Source of the DNA: Peribolospora baueri
Taxonomy: Eukaryota
Direction: 5' to 3'
NCBI GenBank assembly: GCA_029717555.1
Contig: JAMDHS010000032.1
Coordinates: 62,001-126,000 of the forward strand
DNA length: 64,000 nt
The translations under genes and the position numbers were made by a program. How positions within the stretch are numbered: the first letter of the stretch is position 1; each line of letters begins with the position of its first letter. The notes under the pieces were generated by a model, which made no database searches, was not told the DNA's origin, and saw only the letters and a program-made list of their open reading frames with translations. Below are positions 25,587-38,362 of the stretch, one piece after another.

Positions 25587-28500
25587 ATGAAGGCAGCCAT
25601 CCCTCGCACCGCCACCTTTGCCTGGTCCCCCGCCTCCCCTTTCGCCTCCTCCGTTGGCGACTACACCCCTTACCTCGCTACGGGTACGGTCGCCGGTGCC
25701 CTTGACGAGAGCTTCAGCAATGAAAGCGTTCTCGAGATCTGGAAGCCTGGCTTCGGCGGAGAGGGCGTCGGAGACGTAAAACCTCTTGGCAGCATCGCGA
25801 CCACTGCCAGGTGAGCCGATTTATCTGCTTCGATATCTGCATGCGACGGTTCTATTCGCTCACCCCGTCGTTCCCCTTTCCTCGCCCTTGACTTTGCTCA
25901 CCACACCACAGGTTCAACCGCCTGGCATGGGGCTTCCCCTCCTCCGCGCGTCCCCGTGGCCTTCTCGCAGCGGGCCTGGAGAATGGCGAGGTACGCGTCT
26001 GGGACGCCGGCAAGATCATCGATGCTGGTCTCACCGGCGTCGGTTCCAGCGCGGGCGAGCCAGAGTGAGTGGGGGAGGCCGAGAAGGGCGACGGGAGATT
26101 GGATCTCGAGGTGGCTGTAGGTCGCTGAATTGCGCACTCATTCATGATTTCCATCGCCGCCTTCTGCGTCCAGCTCTGTCGTCCTGGAGAATGACTTGCA
26201 CAAGGGTCCGGTCCGCGGCCTCGATTTTAACCACGTTCAACAGAATCTGCTGGCCAGTGGTGCTACGGAGGGTCAGGTGCGCGTCTTTTCGTAGCTCATA
26301 GTGGCGCTCGGTCAGACTTTTTGGGTTTTGAGCTGTGCTAAATATACCCCCATTCGACCTCTTCTTTCTTTGGCCCTCAGTGGTACTTCTGGGACCTGAA
26401 CGCGCCCTCCAAGCCGTATCAGCCTGATCGCTCGGCCAAGCTCGCGGACATCACTTCTCTCGCGTGGAACTTGCAGGTGCAGCACATCTTGGCCACCGCT
26501 TCCAACTCTGGATATACCGTTGTCTGGGACCTGAGGGGTAGACGCGAGGTCGTCGCGCTTTCTTACGGAGGCGGCGCCGCTACCGCTGGTGGAGGCGTTG
26601 GAGTGAACGGCAGCAGTGCGCTTGCAGCCGGAGGTCGGAGGGGCATGAGTGCCATCGCATGGCATCCTGACACGGTGAGCACCATCGCCCGAGTCTCGGA
26701 CAACTGTCCACAATCCGCCACCGCTGCTCACATCGCCTTCTTTCGCACAGGCTACGCGCCTTATCACTGCCTCCGAGGACGACTCCTCGCCTATTCTCAT
26801 GGTCTGGGACCTGCGAAACTCTCGAGCGCCGGAAAAGATCCTCACTGGCCATGAAAAGGGAATTTTGTCCCTCGCTTGGTGCCAACAAGACGCCGACTTG
26901 CTCCTCTCTTGCGGCAAGGACAACCGGACTATATGCTGGAACCCGCAGACGACGGAGATCATTGGCGAGCTTCCTCCGTCGGGCAACTGGTCTTTCCAGG
27001 TCGAGTGGTGCCCTCGCAACCCCGACATGCTCGCGACCGCCAGCTTTGATGGCAAGATTGGCGTGCACTCCCTGCAGATGACGCGCGACGACGACCAGCA
27101 GGCGCAGGCTGTTCAAGCTGCCAGCGCGGATGGCGCCGACATCTTCGACTCTATTCAGCAGACCCAGCCCACGCAGCATACGTTGAGCCTCAGACAGCCT
27201 CCCAAGTGGCTCCGACGGCCCATCAGCGCCTCGTTCGGTTTCGGCGGCAAACTCGTCAGCACTTCCAACCTCCCCGGCGCCAGCGGAAAGACCCAGTCAG
27301 CCGCTGTTCACCTGCGTACGGTAGTCACCGAGCCCAACATCGTCGACCGAGCTACGAAACTGCTGCAAGCTGTCGAAGACAAGAGCTTGGCTACCTTCTG
27401 TGAGGAGCGCAGCAAGGATGCGTGCACCAAGCCCGACGAGGTGGCCAGCTGGAAGGCCCTGCAGACGCTCTTCCAGGCAGATTCGCGAGATGAGCTTGTC
27501 GCCCTCCTCGGCTTTAGCAAGGAGGACGTCGCCACTCAGGTCGCGAGCGCCATCAAGACGTTCAAACTGACCGGCGCCACCAGCCCTTCGGCCGTCAAGG
27601 GCACGCTCAGCGAAGCTGCTGGCGGCTCAGATGGCAGCGTCAATTTCACGCATGAGCCGAGCGTGACCTTCGCCGAGACTCCCAGCTCCGAGGACGGCAC
27701 TACCGAGGCTTCCGCTTCCGCTTCTGCTTCCGCCGCCGGCGCCGAGGCTACACCCAGCGAAGCCAGCGAGGCCAACAAGCTCGCGGAGGCGGAGAGTGAA
27801 ACGACGGAGCCGAGCCTCTTCGGAGACGATACTACGACCGCCACCCCCGCCGACGGAGCCGATTTCTTCAACTCGCTGGTGGCGGGCGAGGGTCCGTCTG
27901 GCGTCCGGTCCGCTCTGCCCGAGCGCGTTCTCGTTCCGCATTCCGCTGCCGCGCCCGGCTCGAGCGTCGCTGCTACTGCCGGTTCTCCTGGCCCGAGTAG
28001 CGTCGCCTCGGAGAGCCTCAAGCCGACGACCTTCCACATTTACCCGTCCGACGAGTCCGATGCCGACAAGCTCATCACTCGTGCCCTCGTCTTGGGCGAC
28101 TTCGAAAGCGCCGTGTCCCTTTGCATCTCCACGGATCGCTTTGCCGACGCGCTCCTACTGGCCGTACGCGGTGGGCCCGAACTCCTGCAGAGCACCCAGA
28201 AGGCGTACTTCGAGCGCCGCACGACGAGCCTGCCTTACCTCCGCCTTTTCCAGAGCATCGTTGGCAATGACCTCACCGACGTCGTCCAGAACGCCGACCT
28301 CAACGAGTGGCAGGAAATTTTTGTCGTCCTCTGCACGTTTGCTAAGCCAGAAGAGTTCGCCGGTCTCGCCGAGCAGCTCGGCCAGCGCCTCGAGTTCCAG
28401 TACGCTGCCGCGGCTGCTGGTGCCGGGCACGGAGACGCCCAGCGCGCTGCCAAGGGCAAGGAGTACCGCAAGAATGCAGTGCTCTGCTACCTTGCTGCCG

Positions 28501-30509
28501 GTAAGCTTGAGAAAGTTGTGGGCATCTGGATCGCCGAGATGAAGGAGGAGGAAGCTGCGATGGCCGTTGGGGCCAAGCCCGAGTCTATCGACGCCAAGGA
28601 CTCGAGCCTGTACACCGTGCACGCCGAAGCGCTGCAGACGTTCATGGAGAAGGTGACCGTCTTCCAATCCGCGGTTAACTACGTGGACACGGACGTCTCC
28701 CAGCCCACGCAGGACGACACGGTGGCTGAGGCGGGCGCCAGGACGTACAAGCTCGCTGCGCTCTACGATCGCATTCACGAGTACGCCGACCTCCTCGCCG
28801 ATCAAGGTCTCGTACAACCCGCTCTTCAGTACATGGCTCAGACGCCAGTGGATTACAACGGCGCGAAGGGCGACGCCACGGAAAGCAAGTCCGGACTGAC
28901 TAGGGACAGGCTTCTGCGCGTCACCGGCCAGCGCTCCGACGTTTTCGCGACCGGTACGATGGCGAAGGCGCCTAGCGCGACCCCCGTGGCCCCCGCGGTC
29001 GCGTCGATGAGCGGCTACTCTTCGAGCAACCAATACGCTCCTTCGACAGCCAATCGCTCTGCCGTGCCCGCCGTACCCGCCGCGCCGATGCAGCCCACCT
29101 CCGTATACGATACGACCGACCCTTACAGCGCTCAAACGTCGACCCACCAGGCTTACGGTTCGGCGGCACCGATGAGCTACGGACAGACAGGCTCGAGCTG
29201 GGACACTCCCTCGACAGGTGCATATGATCCCTACGCTCCCAGCCATTCGCCTTACGGTCAGCAGCAGCCCCCCCAACCGGCTCAGTCGATCGTCCCCCCG
29301 CCGCCGCGGCCGCTTTCAAGCACCGGTTTTGCCTCGCAGGCTCCACCTCCCCCCCCTTCGAGGCGCGACACCTCGGGCTGGAACGATGCACCTATGATCC
29401 AACCCAAGAGGTCGGCGACGCCCGCCCAACCCAAGGTGGCTCCCATCACCAGCCCGTTCCCCAACTCTCCCGCTCCAATGCAGTACGGCCAGGCGGGACA
29501 GGGAGGCGCTCTTCCGCCGCCGCCTCGAAGCGGCACTCCAGGACTCAGCTTCGGTGGGGCTTCCCCGCCTCCTCCGCAGGGAGGCCATTACCGTCCGGGT
29601 TCTGTTGGGCCCCAAGGCCCTCCGCCCGGTCCCCCCCGTGGCGGGCAGCATGCTCCACAGCAGCCGCCGCCGCCGCCGCCGCCTCACGGCGCAGGCATGA
29701 GCTCTCGTCCCGGTCAGCAGCGTGGACTGCCAAACGCGTATGGTCCTCCGCCCGTCCAGCAGGGGCACCCCGCTGGCGCCGGCGGACCTTACGCCGCTCC
29801 TCCGGGACGTGCCTCGCCGGCTGCCACGGGACCTTACGCCCCGCAGCAGCAAGGCATGCGAGGTCCCCCTCGTCCCGGCCCTGGCGGTCAGTTCGCTGCC
29901 GCCCCTGGTCCAGTCGGCGGTCCCGGAGGTCAACCGCCGCAGGGACCTCCGGGGCCTCCCGGACCGCCGCAACAAATGGGCGGAGCGGCGCCTCCGCCAG
30001 CGGCGCCGCCTCTGCATCAGCCTGCCGGACACGGGCCGCCGCCTCGGGCGGTGACGCCTGCTGCCAAGCCGGCTGCTCAGTCGAAGTATCGTGAGTGAAG
30101 AAAAGGATTCCTAAAATGGCCTCGGAGTGACTGAGACTGATCGATCTGCGGTTTCGTATGATTTGCCACGTCAGCTCCTGGGGACCGGTCGCACATGCCC
30201 GAGTCGTCGAAGCCGATCTTTGGGATTTTGTCGCGCGAAGTGCAGCGGCTCAAGGCGACGTCGCCGCCGCAAGCGAAGCGGCAAGCGGACGACGTGGAGC
30301 GGCGGTTGAACATGTTGTTTGACGGGCTGAACTGTGACACGGTGCCGAAGAACACGTTGGACCTGCTGGTCCAGCTGGCTCAGGCGGTGGAGAGGAGGGA
30401 CGTGCAAGGTGCGCTGAGCGTGCATCTACAGCTCATCACGGGCGGGCCGAGCGAGTTGACGCAGGTGTGGCCAGGCGTGAAGATGTTGGTGACGAGGATG
30501 GGGTCTTGA
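25587..30509 (+). CDS. SEC31: COPII outer coat protein Sec31, multi-exon
   Basis: MKAAIPRTATFAWSP, ATGTVAGALDESFS, WD40 repeats, PPKWLRRPISASFGFGGKLV, an alpha-solenoid region, a Pro-rich region with GWNDAP and C-terminal PGDRSHMPE...DVERRLNMLFD. Confidence 0.97.
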
Positions 30510-30874
30510 GCGGTGGGCTAAGAGAGGGAGGGAGCGGAGCGGCAGAGGCGAGGGACGGGTGTATGAGAGGAGGATCGTCGGCATATCCATCTACGAATCT
30601 TTTTTCTTCCTCGCCTTTGCCGTCGCCGTCGCCGTCGCCCTCCTTTCTTCTCTGTCGCTCTTCTTCTGTAGTGTCTCTTACCCGCGTCGATCGAATTATG
30701 TTTTCTTTCTTTTCCTTTCCAAATCGAATGGAATCGTTTCATTTCTGTCTCGAGTGGAAGCGGGTGTGCGTGTAGTGATTCCATCCGGGTTGTCGGTCGG
30801 GGGTCTAGCGTGGCGGGCACGGGAGTAGTTGGGATATTGGAAGAGGCAGACCAGACGTCGGACCGAGTTTCCCT

Positions 30875-31470
30875 GTCTATCTATCTATCTATCTGCCCGT
30901 CTATCTGTCTGCATGCGTTCGAGGCGTTATTTTGTGGCGACAGCGGGTGCAGCGGGGACGAAGGGGAGGGAGGGAATGAAAGGCGAGAAGATGGAATGGA
31001 GAGAAAAGAAAGGGAACGAAATGAAATGAATTGAATTGGATTGGATTGAATTGAAGGGGCGGCGTGGGCGTTCCGTTGCGGTGCTTTGGGTTGGGTTGGG
31101 TCGGGCGGAGGAGATTGATCTCGGGCGGCGGCAATCGCGCGTGGGTGGGAGGGGTTGAGCTAGTGAGTGCGTGGGGAGGATGGGAGATGGGATTGTTGAT
31201 GACATGGGGACGTCGGTCAGCGCCTGTCCATTTTTCTTTTTTTCTTTTTTCTTCCTTTTCTTTTCTTTTCTTTTCTTTTCTTTTCGTCTCGTCTCTTCTC
31301 TTCTCGCATCGTATCGTATGCCTATCAGGCGCCACGCGCATCGCTGCTTGTCCGTGCATCCCTTGTCGGTCTCGGTCCCGAGGCGAGGCATGTGCGTGTG
31401 CGTGTGCGTGTGCGTGTGCTGTGCGTTGTGATTGTTGTTGTTGTTGTTGTTGTTCGTCGTCGTCGTCGAT
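30875..31470. repeat. Dense cluster of different microsatellites
   Basis: (TCTA)n ~30875, (GAATT/GGATT)n ~31020, (TTTTC)n ~31230-31285, (TGCGTG)n ~31390, and (TTG)n(TCG)n ~31430-31468. Confidence 0.85.
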
Positions 31471-32433
31471 GCTCGATGCGTTCCTCGTTGTGATCGTCGT
31501 CCGCGTTGGTGTCGAGATTGGAACGAACTATTTAGAGAGAGACAATCCCCCTCTAACCCTTAGACTGAGAGACGGGGCCAAGGAACGCACCGCCGAGCCC
31601 GAGTCGCCTCGCCTCGCCCGCTTCACGAGACTCCACGCTCGACCAATTCTTTCTTTTTCCTTTTTCTTCACCTTCACCTTCACCTTGGCCTGCTTTGCTT
31701 GACTCGCCTGCCGATCTGATCCGCCCTCCCCGCATCGATCGGTCCAACGCCGGCACCGCGAGCGGGATTAAGGAACACGCGGAGGGAGTGAGTGAGTGGC
31801 TGGCTGAGTGCATACAGTCGACCGCGTGAGAGAACGACGACGCACAATCGCTCGCTCGCACCCGCGCTCCTTCTTCTTCCTCCACCATCACCACCTCCTT
31901 TCACCTCACCACCACCTCATCTCATCTCGCCCTCACACTTCCCCCTCGCCACGTTCCCTTCCACTCCCTCTCTTATCGCCCCCGCCCAGCCTCACCGTCC
32001 TACCCCACCACCGCCTGACCAACACCACCGGCGACCCGGCGCCAAGGGCAGGTGAAAGAGCGCGTGAGTGAGGCAGGAAAGGAGGCAGGCAGGCACGGAG
32101 GCACGAACGGAGGACTCCCTCAGCGTAGCGTCCCTTTCTCGTTCACGTCACCCTTCTCCTTTTTCTCGTTTTCCCTCTTCGCTCACCACGTCTTCCTTCC
32201 CATTCTCCTCCTCCCCGCCCTATCAGCTCTCTCCACCGTCGCATACGCCGGGCCACGCACCACCACTTATAACGACCGGCACACCGCTCTTCCCCCGACA
32301 CGTATTTCCTCATGACTTTCACGAAAGCACGATCTCAACGGCGGAGACGAACCACACCCACCGCCTTCCCATTCCAGCAACAACCCCCCGCCCCTTCCTC
32401 CCGGCCCCCAGCCGTACCACCCGTCCTCGCGCG

Positions 32434-34998
32434 ATGAGCCCGCCCTTCTCCACCTTCGTCGGCAACGCCATACGTCGTATCGGCCGCCGTACTCCCGCTC
32501 CGACCGACCAAGAAGAAGGGCCGCCGCGGGAAACGCAGACAACCACCACCGCCTCTCAAGGTAACGTCAGGAGATCCCCCACCGCCATGCTCCGCCGCGT
32601 CTCCTCGTCCATCAAACGTAGATTCACACCTCCACACACCACCACCCCACGCGATAACGACTCGGACGACCAAGGCGACGACCTGGAACGAGGCAGCATG
32701 TCCCCCATCACATTATCCTGGTCGCGCAGAAGGAGCGGGCAACGACGAAGGACGCCTGGCTCCCGCGCCTCGGCTTCTTCCCCGGAGCGGGACGCCCAAG
32801 ACGAATCGCAAGCCGCCCGGCCCGGCCCTTCCTCTTCTGCCGCCGCCGGACGGTCGGCGGTGGCGATATCGATTACAACAACAACAGCAGCAGGAGGAGG
32901 AGGAGGAATGGCAGCAGCAGCAGCGTCTGGGGAAGGAGGGTCTTCGCCAGTTATCTTAACGCCTACCGAGTCGGCTGGCTCGCCCACCTCGTTCGCCCAA
33001 CTGAGCCCGATGCTGTGCGCGCGCTTGCCCGCCGAGCTGAACCGCGAGATCTTCATCTGGGCCACGCTCATCGAGACGCTCGACTCGGACCGGTTCAGGA
33101 GAAGACCTCTGTCCGTGCCTCTCGTGAGCAGGACCGTGTTCCGGTGGACGAGGCCGTACCTCATGCGCACCATCGCAATCACCCGTAGGGGACAATTCGA
33201 AAGCTTTGCAAAGCTCTTGAGGCGCGGCAGTCTCGTCGAAACAGAAGAGAGGCTCGTGGGAGGGGAAGCGAAGGGGACGACGAGCACGACGGACAAGGGC
33301 AAGGGCAAGGAGCGCGATGATTCGCACCCGTCCGCCACCCCTCCCACTTCCAGCTCCGAAAGGTTTTGCTTGGATCGCCGTACGCTCGCGTCGTACGTGC
33401 GCCACCTCTTCATTGACCTCGACGACTCGCAGCTCCATCAACGCGCGTTCATGTTCGAGTACCCCGGTGTGGGCGTCTACGAGATGGTCATCGAGGTCGT
33501 CTTCGGTCGCCTCCATCAGCTCGAAATGCTCGAGATCGGTCCAGAGATCTTCAAGCTCCTCCCCGAGCGGGTCGATCGCGACTTTCGCGCCACCGCCGGC
33601 CGACCTCGGAGCGAGCTCGAGCTCGAGCAGCGCGGCGGCGCGCCGGGCGAGCTTGCCGGATCGGACGTGCGAGCGGAGGGAGAGGAAGAGGGACCGGCCG
33701 ATACGTTCGACCCGGCCGACCCTGGGACGTACCCCTTGCCGAATCTCCGCGAGCTGCACATCGTGTACGACGGTAAGGCGTCGTCCACGTTCGTCTTTAT
33801 CAATTCGCGCTCCGCCCGCTTCTACACTCCTCCCGCCGCCGCTGATGACGGCGGTGGACTGCCGGCGGCGCGCGTCTCGAACGAAGACATCGAAGCTTCT
33901 CGGTTCTCGCTCCCCTACCTCTTCGGAGCTCCTAAGCTCACCCACCTCTACATCGTGGCCGACGACCCGTCCGGCAAGGCCGGCGTGTCCCTCCCCTGGT
34001 CCGCTCTCCGGCCCGGCTCGGCGCCGACTCCTCCGGAGCTCCAAGTCGCCGGACGCGGGCTGTCCACCTCATCCGACGGTCCTCCGATCGCGCTCTCGCC
34101 CGCTGAAAAGGCCCGGCTGGCCGCCAAAGCGGAGCACCTCAAGAGGCTCACCCACCTCCGCTATGACACCCGCCGTTTCTCCTGGCGTCCCCCGGAGCAC
34201 ACCGCAGCGCGCCTGCGGAGCATGGTGCAGGCATACTTCGACCGCCCGTCTGGCGATGGCGCCGACGGCACCGGAGGGCTCATCTATCTCGGTTTGGGAT
34301 GGAACACGACGGCGGACGAGGTGAGGATGCAGGACCGGATCAGGTACGTGGGCGTGGGCGCCGGTGCGGGACGGAGACCGGCCGAAGGCTCCGAGGAAAC
34401 GTCGGGGAGGGCACCGTCCATGCCGACGGGCACCGCGACCATGTCCGAGGCCACGCTCGCTTCCACCTCCGCCTCCGCTCCCGTTCCTGCCACGACCGCC
34501 GCCGCATCTGCCTCCTCGGCCGGCCCCAAGCGACACGGCAGCAGACCCATCCTCCGGCCCCAAGCGCCGACGTACACAGATTGGGAGGAACGCCTCGACC
34601 CACCGCCGGTAGAGACATTTGAGGAGGAGATGAGGGACGCCATCCGCGGCGAGATGGGCTGGCCGCTCGTCTTGGTTTCGCCCGACGACGATGCGCTCTA
34701 CCCGTCGTCGTCCGCTTCCCACGGTCACGGTCACCGCAAGCCGCGGGTGTTCTCCGTCCGGTCTGAATCTGAACGACTTGCCGGTCGGGAGGAGCGTGAC
34801 AGCAGCAGCGCCCAGTCCCAGTCCCTGTCAACGGCGCAGCAGGTCCCGATCGAGACGAGGAGACCCCTCTTCGAGCTCAACCCGAGTCCCGCGCCGTGGA
34901 CGGTCGATCGGAGGAAGGAGTTGTTCCGCCAGAGGGCCGATTCTGGCGTTGGCGTGTGGATCAGGAAGACGACGACGAGGATGAACAGACGCGGCTGA
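32434..34998 (+). CDS. Intronless F-box-like protein (~854 aa), unknown function
   Basis: Long open frame. LPAELNREIFIWA...LVSRTVFRWTRPYLMRTIAI and LASYVRHLFI follow the fungal F-box pattern, with LRR-like LPNLRELHI and LTHLYI segments. ATG 32434 is the first in-frame ATG. Confidence 0.7.
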   Translation: MSPPFSTFVGNAIRRIGRRTPAPTDQEEGPPRETQTTTTASQGNVRRSPTAMLRRVSSSIKRRFTPPHTTTPRDNDSDDQGDDLERGSMSPITLSWSRRRSGQRRRTPGSRASASSPERDAQDESQAARPGPSSSAAAGRSAVAISITTTTAAGGGGGMAAAAASGEGGSSPVILTPTESAGSPTSFAQLSPMLCARLPAELNREIFIWATLIETLDSDRFRRRPLSVPLVSRTVFRWTRPYLMRTIAITRRGQFESFAKLLRRGSLVETEERLVGGEAKGTTSTTDKGKGKERDDSHPSATPPTSSSERFCLDRRTLASYVRHLFIDLDDSQLHQRAFMFEYPGVGVYEMVIEVVFGRLHQLEMLEIGPEIFKLLPERVDRDFRATAGRPRSELELEQRGGAPGELAGSDVRAEGEEEGPADTFDPADPGTYPLPNLRELHIVYDGKASSTFVFINSRSARFYTPPAAADDGGGLPAARVSNEDIEASRFSLPYLFGAPKLTHLYIVADDPSGKAGVSLPWSALRPGSAPTPPELQVAGRGLSTSSDGPPIALSPAEKARLAAKAEHLKRLTHLRYDTRRFSWRPPEHTAARLRSMVQAYFDRPSGDGADGTGGLIYLGLGWNTTADEVRMQDRIRYVGVGAGAGRRPAEGSEETSGRAPSMPTGTATMSEATLASTSASAPVPATTAAASASSAGPKRHGSRPILRPQAPTYTDWEERLDPPPVETFEEEMRDAIRGEMGWPLVLVSPDDDALYPSSSASHGHGHRKPRVFSVRSESERLAGREERDSSSAQSQSLSTAQQVPIETRRPLFELNPSPAPWTVDRRKELFRQRADSGVGVWIRKTTTRMNRRG

Positions 34999-36008
34999 CG
35001 CCGTTCGTTCGTGGCCACGACGTCCTAGCAGGCGTTCCAACTCTTCTCTCGTACATTTCATCATTCATACGCCTTCCCACGATCGATTGCCAACATCCTC
35101 GTGCAGTCTGGTCCGATTCGATTCGACTCGACGCTTGCATCGGTTGACGTATTTCGATTCGACGCGTCGTATCGCAAACACGACGCGGCAACATCCGTCT
35201 CTCCGGTGCACTTTTGGTCGTCGAAGCGAAATCGTGGCGCCGTGGGAGGGCCATCTACACCTCACGCCGTTCTTGTCCCCGTCTCTCGTCTCGTCCCCGT
35301 TTACTCTACGACGCCCCATCCACGATATATAGCGAAGTACCGCAAACCCCCGCGCACACGCAAGCTTGTCGTTTTAAACACCGATCTGATCTCACCACGG
35401 ACAAGTTCAACCGTTTTGGTTTTTGGTTTTGTTTTTGTTTCCCCGCGCCATTTCACCTCTGATCGAGACGTGACATACCCCCCTCCCCTTTTCACTCCTT
35501 CTTCCTCTCTCTCCGAGCATCCCCTTCCAATTCCCCTCGGCGGAGAGCGACATGTAACCCTGCCCGCACCGCCTCTCGAGCTCGGACTCGCCCTTCGTCT
35601 CGACTTGCTCGAACCCCCCCCCCTTTTTTTTTGTTCTTCCTCCTTCCCCTCCCTTACTGTCTTGGAGTTTTTCGTGTTGTTTTGGGCTATATCACCCCCT
35701 TCCTCTCTCCCATCTCTGTCATCCATCCGGCTACGTGAGAATGCAAGTGAAGTCGGCCTCGGCCCGGCTCTCTCGTCCCAGAGTAGACTCGTTCTTGTGC
35801 CGTCGGTCATCGTACCGGGAGCCCGCCGTTGTTTTCCCTTTGGACGACGGTCGACGCTTCGCTTCGGTTATCCTGCCCGTTCCATTTCATTCCCTCCGTC
35901 AACCCCTCCTCCACGAAAGAAAGAGGGGGGAAGCCGAACGAAAGGGGCCACCCCTACAACGAGCGAGCGGTCCGTCTAGTCTAAATTCAAACCGGCAAAC
36001 ACAACGCT

Positions 36009-37907
36009 TCACACCGTCAGCCTCCACCGCGCGCCCACACCCCGTCCTCCTCCACCACCTCCTGCTCCTCCCAGCCCGCTGCCCTCCCGCCACTGCTCGT
36101 CCACCTCGCCAAACTCGGCCCGAAGTCGACTGACGCTCGCCCAACCGTTCGCAAGCGCCCACGCGTCGCACCCTTTGGGCAACGAGTCGACCGGAGGCGA
36201 GACTAGGCAGCCCATCCCAGGCGGGCCAAACGTGAAGGAGAGCGTCGTGGCCTCCTCCTCCTCCTCCTCCTCCTCCTCCTCCTTAGTCGTCGCCACCCCG
36301 GACGAGGGCTCTTCTTGCACAGCAACCCCGCCTCCTCGTCCGGCGGGAGGAGAAGATTCGAGATCGCCTGCTGCGACGGGAGCACGTCCGTCCATGCTTT
36401 GTTTGTACAACTGTTGAACGAACAAGGAGAGGTGGCGCGATGACATTGAGATAATGACCGCCTTGAAAGAGAGAAGCTTTGTAGAAAGAGGCCCCATGCG
36501 GGAAACAGGCGTATGACCCACCTGTTGATACTCGTTTCTCCACACGCTTGTGAAGTAGATTTGAGGGTCGTCGACGATGGATGGCAGAAGAGGTATGTTG
36601 ATCTGTCGTAGAGAGAACCAGAAACCCGCTTTGAGAACTGGCCAAGCAAGCGGTCCACCACTTCAGGCGCGCTCACGTTATAAGTCGCCACCCCATCCTC
36701 CCAGCTTTCCCAGAGATTCTTAATGATCTCTACCGCCATGTCGTTTGCCTTTCTGACGAGCTGCAAGTCCACCTTGGGCGCGCTCGTCGCCGTGTTGCTC
36801 CCATCTTCATCATCCCCTTCCTTCTTCGTCACGCTTCCGCTCGACTCCTCCTTCTTGACGCCACCTTCGGCAAGACCGGGTTTAGAGGCGGAGGTGGGAG
36901 CAGGGAAGGAAGAGGCGGAAAAGTTTGGTGGCGGTTTGGAGAAATGAGCGTAGGAGACGGCTACCGAACGCACGCCGGAGAGGGATGCCGACAGCGCGGC
37001 TCCCAGCGTTCCTGAAGAGAGCGCGAACACGGAAGAGCTGTGCTTGCGCAACGAAGAGTCTTCTGTTAACGCCTGGCATGCCTGTGATTCGTTGAAAGCT
37101 CACCTGTTCCGACCCCAATTCGGTCCCGATATCACCAGATCGATCTTCTCTCCGGCGTATATGTTGAAGAGGCCGACATTGGCACATGTGCATGGCGTCT
37201 AGATACCAGCGATGGCAACGCAGAGGAGGACAGAACGCTACGTTGGCGCTCCCATAAAGGCTACGCCATCGACGGCTTGAGGGGACCGCAGAGCTCTGGG
37301 CAGCGTCGAGCCGAGCTCTGGCTCACTCACCCCATCTAGGAGCACCCACTCCCCAGCCTCTCCATCGTCCCTCTTCCTTCTCGTCTCGGTAGCCTCCACT
37401 TCGCGCCATCGCAGACCGTCGTCGTCAACCCATTCCGGGTAGTACCTGTGCCAAGGAGAGACTGAGTAAATTAAAAGAACTGTAATAGTGCCGAGAAAGA
37501 GAAAGACAAGCTCCGGTCCAGATGGGCTCTGGTCGAGGAATATCTCTGCCTACTCCGCCTCTTCCGTTCCACACACAGAACGATCACAGTGCTACCATCC
37601 ATCCCTCTCGCGCCTTGCCAAAGGAGGAAGGCGGGAGGCACAACGAACAAAGCTCCCTGAAGCGCAGTCGCACGGAAACGGAAACTCACCACCGCCCCTT
37701 TATCTCCTTCCGAATCTCGTACGCCATCCCTCCCCAGCTCTTCTGCTCGCTCGGTAAAACGACGTTGGCCTTCCATCCCAACGCGCGCTTGAGGGCGAGG
37801 TAGAAGGAGAGCACGTAGGGCGAATGTTCGGAGGGGGGCCCGTCGTCATTGACGAGCAGGACCGCTGGCACTGACGAAGGTTTTAGAGCTGAAAGCGAGC
37901 CGGCCAT
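36009..37907 (-). CDS. SurE-like 5'/3'-nucleotidase, multi-exon
   Basis: VLLVNDDG, VVLPSEQKSWGG, LDG/TPCTC, IDLVISGPNWGRN, LSSGTLGAA, YN/INIP and DAWALANGWASVSRL. Confidence 0.9.
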
Positions 37908-38337
37908 GTTCCTTCGTTCGGTTCGGTTCATGGGAGCGAGGTGGTTTTAATTCTGACGGTTGGCAAGGAGAACAAAAATTACCTGGTTGTTCCCGCGACA
38001 ACGAAAGAGCGGTCCGAGGCAGAACAGTGCGTCTTCCACTGGAAACTGGAACCTGGAGGGGGAGAAAGTCGAAGCAGGGAGTCCGATGGATCTGCTGAAG
38101 GAACCTATCAAGCGTGTTCTGATCCAGTGGAGAAGTGGTATGATCGGCAGTGCAAGTGGTATCACGTGCTGACGCAAGGAGGTGATGGGGTTGGGCAGAC
38201 GATATGCAAGCACGAGCTGAGTGTACAGACAGCACCAACGACCTTCAGCACAAACGTGAACGTGAGATCGTCGCCGCCGTGAAGCAGAGGCAAAGACGAG
38301 TGAAGATTACACAAAAAATCGACCAGCGGAGCACGCG

Positions 38338-38362
38338 AAAAAAAAAAAAAAAAAAAAAAAAA
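38338..38362 (+). repeat. A25 homopolymer upstream of the SurE-like gene
   Basis: Direct count. Confidence 0.9.

Noticed and set aside
27536..34831. Many long antisense or alternative-frame ORFs over SEC31 and the F-box-like gene
   Set aside because: Expected shadows of GC-rich coding sequence; they are low complexity and carry no motifs.
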